Of a stretch of 64,000 bases of DNA, positions 37,638 to 45,857 are shown piece after piece. The first letter of the stretch is position 1, and each line of letters begins with the position of its first letter. This DNA comes from a virus. The notes under the pieces were generated by a model. That model was not told the origin of the DNA. It made no database searches and saw only the letters and a program-made list of their open reading frames with translations. The translations under genes were made by a program, and so were the position numbers. The DNA lies in IMG/VR virus record IMGVR_UViG_3300036823_000117, positions 1 to 64,000 of that record; one strand, given 5' to 3'.

Positions 37638-37718
37638 GGTCAGTTCTCCTGTCTGGTGATCTGCCCTAGCGGGCATGGCGCCGGCCCGGGTAGCCCGGGC
37701 CGCACCGAACGCGCTAGG

Positions 37719-37979
37719 TCAGTCGCAGCAACCGCAGCACGGCGCGTCTTCGCAGCGGCGGCTGGACATGGTGACCCGCGCGCCGCTGTTGGTGTACGCG
37801 TACTTGGAATCGCGGCGGCCGGCACGTGCGCGCCGCGGCGCGTCCATTGCCTGGCATGCCTGGTGAGTGATGGCGCCGGGCCCGCCGTAGTTGATCCGGG
37901 CGCCGGCGGGAATCTCCGGGTCGGGGCACTGCGGGTCACAGCATGTGTCGGAGCGCTTCGCTGTGATGACTGTTGCCAT
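37719..37979 (-). CDS. Cys-rich small protein
   Basis: C-terminal RCEDAPCCGCCD. Confidence 0.7.
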   Translation of the reverse strand: MATVITAKRSDTCCDPQCPDPEIPAGARINYGGPGAITHQACQAMDAPRRARAGRRDSKYAYTNSGARVTMSSRRCEDAPCCGCCD

Positions 37980-38008
37980 GGTGTCCCCCTAGGGTCCGTG
38001 TGCTGTGC

Positions 38009-38088
38009 TGATAGCTACACAGTAGAGCTACGCGTTAGACGTGTCAAGCCACATAGAAAAACCCGCGCGCCGTGTCGGCACGCGGGTT
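38009..38088 (-). promoter_or_regulatory. repeated terminator-promoter cassette, copy 4
   Basis: CTTGACAcgtcTAACGCGTAGCtcTACTGTGTAGC. Confidence 0.85.
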
Positions 38089-38105
38089 AGACCAGGCCGG
38101 GCAGG

Positions 38106-38462
38106 CTACGCGGTCCGCGGCTTGATCTCGGTACGAAACTCCCCGTCGTAGCGGTACACCACTACCGGCGCCGGCCCGTCCAGAAACCCGCGGAGCAGCG
38201 AATCCGTGTGCGCGTGATACCCGATCCCCTCATACGACGTCACCGCGCCGCCGGCCGACAGCTCCGCCCCCCACGTACCCGCACACGAGATACTTACCTC
38301 GGTCGCTTCCCCGCTGATGCGCAGCCCTTCCGCGTACTGCTCCGCGGCACGCTCCGGATTCAGCGTGTCGTAGTGCGTGCCGAAATTCTCCCAGGCCAGG
38401 TAAGCCCCAGCGGGCAGGGCCCGCAGCACCGCGTAAGACTCCCCGTGCGTGATCTCACTCAT
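38106..38462 (-). CDS. hypothetical protein
   Basis: GAGGGGGAAG RBS. Confidence 0.65.
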   Translation of the reverse strand: MSEITHGESYAVLRALPAGAYLAWENFGTHYDTLNPERAAEQYAEGLRISGEATEVSISCAGTWGAELSAGGAVTSYEGIGYHAHTDSLLRGFLDGPAPVVVYRYDGEFRTEIKPRTA

Positions 38463-38558
38463 GATCGCTTCCCCCTCGCGTAGTGCCGGATCTTGCCTTG
38501 AGTGCCCGGCGGTGCATTCGCTGCGTACCGCGCTAACCGGCCCGCCGGGCGGGTAGTC

Positions 38559-38753
38559 CTACAGGGTGCAGCAACACGGCGTGCAGTACCGGCACCCGCT
38601 GCACACGCAAGACAACCGGGCCGGGAGCACAACCGCGAGAGTCTCGGCGTTGCCCACGCGGCCGCCCGAAACCCGCGCGCCGCGGTCCGCCAGCTGGTCA
38701 CTGGTGAGCATCCGCACCGGGCGAGTGTTCCGGCTGGCAACAATCGGTTCCAT
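38559..38753 (-). CDS. small Cys-rich protein
   Basis: CVCSGCRYCTPCCC. Confidence 0.45.
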   Translation of the reverse strand: MEPIVASRNTRPVRMLTSDQLADRGARVSGGRVGNAETLAVVLPARLSCVCSGCRYCTPCCCTL

Positions 38754-38795
38754 GATCGTTTTCCCTCTCGTGTTCGCTGGTATCGGTTCGCTGGC

Positions 38796-38975
38796 CTAGC
38801 GGGCCCACGCGTAGGGCAGGAATCCCCCGCGGGTGAGCCACTCGTCAAGCACTTCGACGTGCTCCGCAAGCCGGAGCGATGCCTCCTGGAAGTGCGCGAT
38901 GCTGTCTCCCGGCTGCGCGCCGTTCACGTCCGCGATTGCCTGCCGGATTGCGGCGAGCGTGGCGTTGGGGTCCAT
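38796..38975 (-). CDS. small phage protein (below ORF-track cutoff)
   Basis: Manual translation MDPNATLAAIR...LDEWLTRGGFLPYAWAR; GGGAGG RBS. Confidence 0.7.
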   Translation of the reverse strand: MDPNATLAAIRQAIADVNGAQPGDSIAHFQEASLRLAEHVEVLDEWLTRGGFLPYAWAR

Positions 38976-39000
38976 GTGACTGCCTCCCGTTGTGCGTTGC

Positions 39001-39085
39001 TGTTAGCTACACACTAAGGCTACGCGTTAGGCATGTCAAGCGACACGCGGAAACTCCCCGTGCCAGCGTTCGGCACGGGGAGTTG
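39001..39085 (-). promoter_or_regulatory. repeated terminator-promoter cassette, copy 5
   Basis: CTTGACAtgccTAACGCGTAGCctTAGTGTGTAGC. Confidence 0.85.
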
Positions 39086-39095
39086 GGAGAGCCGG

Positions 39096-39344
39096 CTAGC
39101 TCCGCGCGCGCTTGCACTCCGCGACCCACGCAGGGTCACTGCCCGCCACGAGAGACGCAGCGCGGGCTAGCGTGTCACGCGCGCCCAGCTCCGCGCCGGC
39201 CGCAGACCAGGCCATGCCCGCGGACACGTAACCGACGCGTTCCCCCGACTCGTGAAACACCGTGTGAGTTGCGCCGGCCGGCGGTTCCTCCCAATCCGCG
39301 ACCGGCAGCACGTCGTAATGCCCGTGATCAGTGTCAACGTCCAT
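39096..39344 (-). CDS. hypothetical protein
   Basis: GAGGAG RBS. Confidence 0.55.
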   Translation of the reverse strand: MDVDTDHGHYDVLPVADWEEPPAGATHTVFHESGERVGYVSAGMAWSAAGAELGARDTLARAASLVAGSDPAWVAECKRARS

Positions 39345-39345
39345 A

Positions 39346-39687
39346 TCAGATCTCCTCATCTTCCGGCCGCACCGTGTGACCCGTGATCGTGCGGAGCTTG
39401 TAACCGTCCGCGGGCCGGTACAGCACCGCGACCGCGGCCAGGTCGCTGACACGGGACACGAAACGCGAACCGTCGGGGCGGGTGACTTCGGTAACGGTCT
39501 CCAGGCCGGCCGGCGGGTAGTTCTCGGCTATCCACCCGTCCGCTTCAGGCCGCGTGTCGAAAGCGCGCTCGTAACCGTCCGATTCCGTCACGATGTGCTG
39601 CCACGGGTGACTGATCACGTTCCGCATTCGGTCGCCATCCCACCTGGTCCAGGTGACGCGAACGCGCTTGACGGTCGGCATGTCCAT
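39346..39687 (-). CDS. hypothetical protein
   Basis: Coupled ORF. Confidence 0.6.
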   Translation of the reverse strand: MDMPTVKRVRVTWTRWDGDRMRNVISHPWQHIVTESDGYERAFDTRPEADGWIAENYPPAGLETVTEVTRPDGSRFVSRVSDLAAVAVLYRPADGYKLRTITGHTVRPEDEEI

Positions 39688-39885
39688 TTACTTTGTCCCC
39701 TTGCGTGTCGGCTTGCAATGGATCTTGTAACCCTCGGCGTGTGACCCGGTAACCGGTCCGTGCCGCGGTCCTACCTCGGCCAGGCAGTCGGAGCACGTCC
39801 CGTAGTGCAGGTTCACGCCCGGCCCCTTGGCCCGTACGGGCCCGCGTGCCCGCACCCTGGGCTGCGGAGGGTTCATCAAGCTCAT
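39688..39885 (-). CDS. small hypothetical protein
   Basis: First gene of the leftward array; CSDC. Confidence 0.5.
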   Translation of the reverse strand: MSLMNPPQPRVRARGPVRAKGPGVNLHYGTCSDCLAEVGPRHGPVTGSHAEGYKIHCKPTRKGTK

Positions 39886-39952
39886 AGAGGTAAACGTATA
39901 CCTCTACTGTGAGGCAGGCAAGCCGAACCGCCGAACAGGTATACTCAAACTC

Positions 39953-40288
39953 ATGGGCAGGCCAGCGCTACCACACGGACGCCACGTCACCATCAGCGCC
40001 AAAGTCTCCGACGCACAGCTAGCCGCGATAGACGCCGCACGCGGCCAGCTCTCACGCTCCGCATGGCTAGCGTCCGCGGCCGCAGCAGCCGCGCCACCTG
40101 CCGCCGGGCCCGCCGCGAGCTCCACACACACGCCGGCCACCGCGGATAGTCCGGCGCCGGCCGAGGTGAAGCGCACCAGGAAAGCCTCTCAGCCGCCCGC
40201 ACAGGCCGCCACGTGCCCGCACAGGGGACTGCAGCCTGGTGCTTACTGCCGTGCGTGTAAGTCAGTCGTGCCAGGCAAGCCATCGTGA
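39953..40288 (+). CDS. CopG/ribbon-helix-helix protein
   Basis: MGRP......TISAKVS...LAAIDAARGQLSRSAWL; C-terminal CPH...CRAC. Confidence 0.7.
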   Translation: MGRPALPHGRHVTISAKVSDAQLAAIDAARGQLSRSAWLASAAAAAAPPAAGPAASSTHTPATADSPAPAEVKRTRKASQPPAQAATCPHRGLQPGAYCRACKSVVPGKPS

Positions 40289-40662
40289 GGCCTGCACTAC
40301 GGCACGGCAACAGGTAAACGTATACGGATACACCCCAGGTAAAGGTAAACGTAAACCAATACCCGGATACAAGTAAACGTATACAGCAACCGGCGAACAC
40401 ACACTGAGCAAGGGTGACCCCCCGCGCGAAACCAGCGGCCGGCACGACTATGGACGTTGCGCGCGTGCGCGGTTCTACTAGCGGGGATGCTCGGCGGGGA
40501 TGCGCCGGTAAGGCGGCCGGTAAGCGGAGGGTTGCCCTGGCAGTTAGGCGATAACGGACAGCGGCATTGTGTTGGGTAGCTGTGTATTACCGGGCAATCT
40601 CGCGTTTGTGCAGGTCAAGGCTTCGCAGTTTGGCAAAGGCAAGCCATTGATAACGTAATGCA

Positions 40663-40690
40663 GCTTTACCTAAGGTTTATTATCGGCGCG
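40663..40690 (-). other. dif-like XerCD site
   Basis: Minus strand CGCGCCGATAA-TAAACC-TTAGGTAAAGC, 11-6-11 architecture resembling actinobacterial dif as recalled. Confidence 0.7.
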
Positions 40691-41084
40691 ACATTTAAGG
40701 CGCTTCCCGCATTCCCTGCCTTATCACCCACCTGCCCAGCTAGCACATGCCTGGCCATTCCCTCACTGTGCATACCGCAGCGAATGCGGACAGGTCACCT
40801 GGTCACGAGCTGGACATTCCCCCGCATAGGGGAGGGTGCATTCCTCCTATCCCACCCCATCATGCATGTGTGCATATCCACATGGGATCGGACATTGACA
40901 CCAAGCATCAATGCGACATGTCCGGGAATCAGGCCCATCCCACAACGGGGCGTACCCGGACAGGTCCCCACCCCCACATATCCCCCCCCACCCCCCCAAA
41001 CCGGCACGGGGTCACCCCCGGCGTATCCCTCTTGTCTGTGTATCCGATTTCCAAGACCATGTTTCCGTTTTGAGGGGGTTTGCC

Positions 41085-41567
41085 GTGCCGGGTCGTCCGA
41101 GGCGTCGTGTTGGGCCGCCTGCGGTGAGGGGCGGGAATGGTTCGTGGGATCAGTTCGCTCCGGGTAATTCGGCTGCGCTGGTTCACGGGGCTCGGAGCGA
41201 GGCGGTGTTTTCCCCGGTGGCTGAGGCGATCGCGGCGGAGGCGTGCGGGTCGGCGCCGGAGTACTTGTCGGACAGGTCGTTCCGGTTTGCGTTGCGGTCG
41301 TGGGCGGAGGCTGAGGCGCAGCTGCTGTTGTATGAGTCGTGGATGGAGCAGCTGCCGCAGAATGCGCGGTACAGCGCGAAGGGGGCGCAGGCTCCTCCGG
41401 TTGATCAGTGGCGGAAGCTGTCGGCTCATGCTGCGAATCTGCGGAAGCCGCTGGGCCTGGATCCGGTGTCCAGGGTGCGGATCGGGCAGTCGCTGGCCTC
41501 CCAGAACGTGGACCTGGCGCGGCTGGCGATGATGGAGTTCGGTGACGACGGCGAGGCCGAGGATTAG
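41085..41567 (+). CDS. terminase small subunit (putative)
   Basis: FAPGN.AAL.HGARS; LGLDPVSRVRIG; upstream of terL. Confidence 0.75.
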   Translation: MPGRPRRRVGPPAVRGGNGSWDQFAPGNSAALVHGARSEAVFSPVAEAIAAEACGSAPEYLSDRSFRFALRSWAEAEAQLLLYESWMEQLPQNARYSAKGAQAPPVDQWRKLSAHAANLRKPLGLDPVSRVRIGQSLASQNVDLARLAMMEFGDDGEAED

Positions 41568-41896
41568 GGTCTGAGCCAGGCGACGGCGCGGCGCCACCGT
41601 GGGGCCTGCGCGCGGGTGCGCTGTTCGTACGCGGCCTGGTACTCGGCGGTGTGCGTCTGGAGGTAGTCCTCGAGGTGGCGCTGGTCCTCGTCTTCGGGGC
41701 GGCTGTCGAGGAATTCGCGGAGCGCCCGGCCGGTCGTGACGCCGTACCGGCGCTGCAGGTGGCCGCACAGGGTGTCGTCGAGGTAGAACTTCCGGCTTCG
41801 CGCGTAGAGGTTCCGGCGGCCGTCGGGGAGGAACTCGGGGCCGAGGCATCCTGGCTGCCAGCAGTCGGTGACCATGTCCGGGCAGTTGATGCACAT
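41564..41896 (-). CDS. hypothetical protein
   Basis: Antisense operon between terS and terL. Confidence 0.55.
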   Translation of the reverse strand: MCINCPDMVTDCWQPGCLGPEFLPDGRRNLYARSRKFYLDDTLCGHLQRRYGVTTGRALREFLDSRPEDEDQRHLEDYLQTHTAEYQAAYEQRTRAQAPRWRRAVAWLRP

Positions 41897-41899
41897 GGC

Positions 41900-42202
41900 T
41901 TACCTCGGCGCCGTGACGTTGAGGGTGGCTGCGCGGACGGGCATGCGGGTCATCTGCTGGATGCACAGGTCGAGGTCGTCGATGGCGAGGCCGGCGGTGG
42001 CACGGTAATGGCCGGCGTGACGCTCGAGGTCGGCCCAGGTGATCAGGTCCGGGATGCGGGCGCCCATGTCGCGGGCCATCCTGGTCGTGTAGCTGGCGAG
42101 GCGGGCGTCGGCGGTGACGATGGTGAGCTGCTCCGCGGCGGCGTACGCGATGAGCTCGGTGGTCTTGCCCGTGCCCCTGGCACCGGAGATGACGACGTCC
42201 AT
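41900..42202 (-). CDS. minimal P-loop protein
   Basis: VVISGARGTGKTT; LAIDDLD. Confidence 0.65.
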   Translation of the reverse strand: MDVVISGARGTGKTTELIAYAAAEQLTIVTADARLASYTTRMARDMGARIPDLITWADLERHAGHYRATAGLAIDDLDLCIQQMTRMPVRAATLNVTAPR

Positions 42203-42669
42203 CACGCGGCCGGCGCGACGGGGACGGTGACCTCCAGGACGGTTTCCCCGAACCGCCCGGGGGTCGTGGTCTCGCCGGGCAGGGCCAGCATGACGCACCC
42301 GGCGTCCAGGGTGGCGATGGCCAGCTGCTCCCGCGCCCGTTTCCTCGCGTGCTCCAGGACCCCGGCCATCGCCCCGTTCGCGTACTCCGACACGGTCGCG
42401 GTGCACTGCACCGCGCGGGCCCGGGCAATCGCGGCGCCCTCGACAACTTCCATGACGAGGGGGCCGCGGCCCGGGGCCACTTCCAGCCGGAACTCCGGCG
42501 GGCCGCTGAACAGGGACGTGACCGGCTGCTGGTAACTCCGCGGGTAACACGCCGGCTGGTAGCTCACGTCGAACTGCGCGGCGGCCGGGTGGTCGCAGGA
42601 CACCCGGCGGACCATCCCGTCGGAGTACTCCGCGACCACGCAGATCCGGGTCACGTACGCCGTGCTCAT
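42202..42669 (-). CDS. hypothetical protein
   Basis: TGATG-coupled. Confidence 0.55.
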   Translation of the reverse strand: MSTAYVTRICVVAEYSDGMVRRVSCDHPAAAQFDVSYQPACYPRSYQQPVTSLFSGPPEFRLEVAPGRGPLVMEVVEGAAIARARAVQCTATVSEYANGAMAGVLEHARKRAREQLAIATLDAGCVMLALPGETTTPGRFGETVLEVTVPVAPAA

Positions 42670-42947
42670 CAGAGCCGGCCCGGGGCCTGGCACGTCTTGA
42701 GATGCGCCGCGGCTTCCTCGAGCGCGGTCAGCAGCGACTGGAAGCTGATGGTGTACTCCCCGTCAGCGGAGTGCTCCCACGGGGTCATCGCCACCGTCCA
42801 CTCCGTCGCGCAGGGCGCATGCTGAACCCTGGCATCGAGGGCCTCGATTGTGCCCTGCTGCGTTGTCTCCACCGTGTTCTTCTCGGCTCCGAGCGAGAAC
42901 TCGTGCATGAAGGCCAGGGCCAGCTCATTGATCTGCGGCGTTGTCAC
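42669..42947 (-). CDS. hypothetical protein
   Basis: Coupled ORF. Confidence 0.5.
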   Translation of the reverse strand: MTTPQINELALAFMHEFSLGAEKNTVETTQQGTIEALDARVQHAPCATEWTVAMTPWEHSADGEYTISFQSLLTALEEAAAHLKTCQAPGRL

Positions 42948-42979
42948 CCTCCCATTGTCTTGCCTGGAGGTGACCGGAG

Positions 42980-44491
42980 TTGGCGCTTCCCGCCGGCCGT
43001 GAGCTGCTCCGCGCCCTCGCCGACCCGGTCAGGTTCGCCCAGGTGCTGTGCGGCGCCGAGCTGTGGGACCACCAGATCGCCGTGGCCCGGTCGAGCGCAA
43101 GGTACCGGATCATCTGCTCGGGAAGGCAGGCAGGGAAGTCGCGGCTCCTCGCGATCCTGGCGCTTTTCCAGGGTTTCACGAAGCCCGGGTCGCTGACCCT
43201 GGTGGTGTCCGCGGGGGAAACGGCGGCGAAGAGGCTGCTCGAGGAAATCGCTACCCTGGCGTCCGCGGAAATTCTTGCGCCCAGTGTGGTTGAGGACAAC
43301 CAGACAATCCTGGTATTGTCCAATGGGTCGAGGATTATGTCCGTGCCCGCCTCTCAGAAGCAGATCCGAGGCTGGCCCGTTGACCTTTTGATCCTGGATG
43401 AGGCCGGTTTCATCGAGAATGATATCTGGCGTGCGGCCGAGCCGGCGATCATCGCCCGGCCTGGTTCCCGGGTCATCCTGTGCTCCAGCCCCTGGGGCGG
43501 CGTCGAGGCGTTCTTCCGCCAGCTGTGGCAGCGGGGCATGGATTCCCCCGATGCGATGTACGAGTCGTGGCACTGGCCGTCGTCGATCTCGCCGATGGTC
43601 GACGACAAGCTTCTCGAGGAAATCCGCAAGCGGGAAACCGCCGACTACTTCACCCGGGAGTTCCTCGCCGAGTGGCAGGACGAGTACGGCGCGTACCTGA
43701 CCGAGGAGGAAATCTCCTCCGCGGCGGCCGGGTACCGGCTCGCGTCGCCGCAGATGGTGTCCGGGTGGTCGCCGTGGGATCCCTACTCGCAGCGGAAAGA
43801 GCGTCCCTACACTGCGGTGTCCGGCGTCGACTGGGCGTTCTCCAGGGACGCGAACGCCCAGGTGCTCATGGCGGCCCTGGACGACGGGAACCTCAACCCG
43901 GGCGGCGAGCTCCGGTATTTCGTCCCGTGGATGGAATACGCGTACAAGACCCCGTACTCGAAATGGGTCACCACCGTCGCGGACACCGCGAAGGGCTACG
44001 GGCTGCGGGTCGTCGCGTCCGAGGCCAACGGCGTCGGGGCAGCTCCCACCCAGAGCCTCCAGGACGAGATGGGCCGCCGGGCGTCGGGGTGCTTCGTCGC
44101 CGCAGTGTGGACCGACGCGCGGCGGAAGATGTCGGGCTTCGGCCAGATCAAGATGATGCTGCAGCAGGGCCTCCTGGTGCTGCCCCGCGAGCCGGAGCTC
44201 CTCAAGCAGCTCCGCAGCCTGGAGTTCGAGAACCTGCCCGGCGGCGGTGTCCGCATCGCCGTCCCCGAGCGCGCCGGCCACGACGACCTCGCGATGGCGC
44301 TGATGCAGGCCGTGTCGTGCATCCGGCCGACGACCCGCGGCGAAGGCGAGATACCCGACCGCGGCGCCCTGCCCCACGACACCACCGGGTCCGGGGTGAA
44401 GGTCCCGCTGCAGCCCCGCCCGGTGCAGTGGCACTCAATGTCGTACGCCGCCCCGGCGGGCCGGGAACGCGAGCCTGCATCCGCGTGGTGA
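42980..44491 (+). CDS. terminase large subunit
   Basis: GRQAGKS, LLILDEAG, CSSP, REFLAEW, GVDWA, HDDLAMAL. Confidence 0.95.
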   Translation: MALPAGRELLRALADPVRFAQVLCGAELWDHQIAVARSSARYRIICSGRQAGKSRLLAILALFQGFTKPGSLTLVVSAGETAAKRLLEEIATLASAEILAPSVVEDNQTILVLSNGSRIMSVPASQKQIRGWPVDLLILDEAGFIENDIWRAAEPAIIARPGSRVILCSSPWGGVEAFFRQLWQRGMDSPDAMYESWHWPSSISPMVDDKLLEEIRKRETADYFTREFLAEWQDEYGAYLTEEEISSAAAGYRLASPQMVSGWSPWDPYSQRKERPYTAVSGVDWAFSRDANAQVLMAALDDGNLNPGGELRYFVPWMEYAYKTPYSKWVTTVADTAKGYGLRVVASEANGVGAAPTQSLQDEMGRRASGCFVAAVWTDARRKMSGFGQIKMMLQQGLLVLPREPELLKQLRSLEFENLPGGGVRIAVPERAGHDDLAMALMQAVSCIRPTTRGEGEIPDRGALPHDTTGSGVKVPLQPRPVQWHSMSYAAPAGREREPASAW

Positions 44492-44511
44492 CCAGGCGAT
44501 AACATTGCGTC

Positions 44512-44691
44512 ATGTCCGCTCGCTGGTACCTGGCGTTCCTTGCGTGCTACGCGACTGCCGCCGTTCCCCTGTGGTTCCTCGCCGGCTTCCGGCACTGGAA
44601 CCGGTACCTGGCCGCCGCTGCCGTGGCCGGCTGGGCTGTCGCGTCGTCGTGCGCCGCCGACCGCATCGTTCGCGGCGGCCGCCGTGGGTGA
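44512..44691 (+). CDS. small two-TM protein
   Basis: Manual translation MSARWYLAFLACYATAAVPLWFLAG.. Confidence 0.5.
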   Translation: MSARWYLAFLACYATAAVPLWFLAGFRHWNRYLAAAAVAGWAVASSCAADRIVRGGRRG

Positions 44692-45412
44692 CACCATCTG
44701 GCTCCGCGGCGAGTCCGGCGTGATCTTCACCTTGGACCAGGCCGCGGTCACCGACCACTGGTACCGGAGGATCACGGGCCCGCGGCCCGGGCTCACCCAG
44801 GTCAAAGAGGACGGGTCGCCGTGGACCGGGCCGCCGGTCTCGCCGCCCGTCCCGTCGTGGTCTCCTTCGGCGCGGTCCGCGCTGAGCCCCTCCCGGCCCG
44901 GCTGGGGGCCCGAGGAGGTCCCGCTCGAGGACCCGGATGACGAGCCCGTCCTCACCCTTGACACCCTCCGCGGGTACCGGTCGTGGGCGGAGTGGGAGCA
45001 CGGCACGTGGGTGATGCGATCTCATGACCGGTTCCCGTGGCCGCCCGGCGAGTGGGCGCAGGCGCGTTGCAAGGCCTGCGAGACAGCTGGCCGGCCCGTC
45101 CCGGTATGGGGGAAGTGCCGGACCTACGGATACGGGTGCGGCTTGTATGCGGCGTCGACCCCTGAGATCGGGGTCCGCGGCGGCGTCTGGGGCGTCCTGG
45201 AGGCCAAGGGGCGGATCGTGTCCCACGGGTACGGGTTCCGCGCGCAGTACGCGCGCCCGGTTGCGCTTGCCCGCCCGGATCAGCCCGGGTTCCGCGGCGA
45301 GCCCGACCTTGCCGAGCTTCGGCAGGCCGCGAGGGGCATCGCCCGGGCCTACGGCATCCCGCTCCTGCCAGCCGAGCAGCTCGAGGCGGAGTACCCTCCG
45401 GACACAGGCTGA
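44684..45412 (+). CDS. hypothetical protein
   Basis: LRGYRSW...GCGLYA...G.I..H..GFRAQYAR. Confidence 0.65.
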   Translation: MGDTIWLRGESGVIFTLDQAAVTDHWYRRITGPRPGLTQVKEDGSPWTGPPVSPPVPSWSPSARSALSPSRPGWGPEEVPLEDPDDEPVLTLDTLRGYRSWAEWEHGTWVMRSHDRFPWPPGEWAQARCKACETAGRPVPVWGKCRTYGYGCGLYAASTPEIGVRGGVWGVLEAKGRIVSHGYGFRAQYARPVALARPDQPGFRGEPDLAELRQAARGIARAYGIPLLPAEQLEAEYPPDTG

Positions 45413-45427
45413 CCTGGGAGGGAACCT

Positions 45428-45556
45428 GTGGACATCGGCGAGCCCGAGAAGATCATCATCAGTGAGCCGGCGGACGAGCCGGCGACCGTGCAGGAACCTG
45501 AGCCGGCGTCTGCGCCTGCTGAGCCTGCGCCTGTCCTCGAGCCGGTCCCCGCGTAG
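45428..45556 (+). CDS. acidic Pro/Glu-rich peptide
   Basis: GGGAGG RBS; MDIGEPEKIIISEP... Confidence 0.55.
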   Translation: MDIGEPEKIIISEPADEPATVQEPEPASAPAEPAPVLEPVPA

Positions 45557-45857
45557 ATGCCCGGCGAAGCGGACCCGGGCGGCGTCTACCGGGGAGCGCG
45601 CCGTGCTAGTCGCGTTCCTCGCTGCCGTCCACCCGGCGATTATCGGTGTTGACGAGGCCGAGCCGGACTGGCCGGTCATCTACGTCAGCACGCCGAACGG
45701 GCAGCTGTCCTGGCATCTCAGCAAGGATGACCTGGACCTGTTCCCGCACGTCCCGCAGACGACCGGCCTGCTCACCTGGGACGGGCACAGCACGGCGGAG
45801 AAGTACGAGCGGCTCAGGATGCTGACTGCCCGGCACGCCCTGACAAGCAAGCTATGA
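45557..45857 (+). pseudogene. WDGH-motif protein with apparent +1 frameshift
   Basis: Removing one G from GGGG 45591-45594 joins MPGEADPGGVYR to ERAVLVAFLA...GQLSWH...WDGHSTAEKYERL. Confidence 0.65.

Larger units (their letters stand above)
36950..37718. repeat. three intergenic hairpins with conserved CCTAGC..GCTAGG base
   Basis: ~36951-37005, ~37242-37295, ~37666-37718. Confidence 0.75.

Noticed and set aside
38030-39035. GTTAGAC/GTTAGGC in promoter repeats as integron core sites
   Set aside because: No integron integrase and no paired RYYYAAC hairpin; better explained as operator sequence
31321-39085. Repeats as a CRISPR array
   Set aside because: Units are about 1-3 kb apart, separated by genes and contain promoter elements; no cas genes
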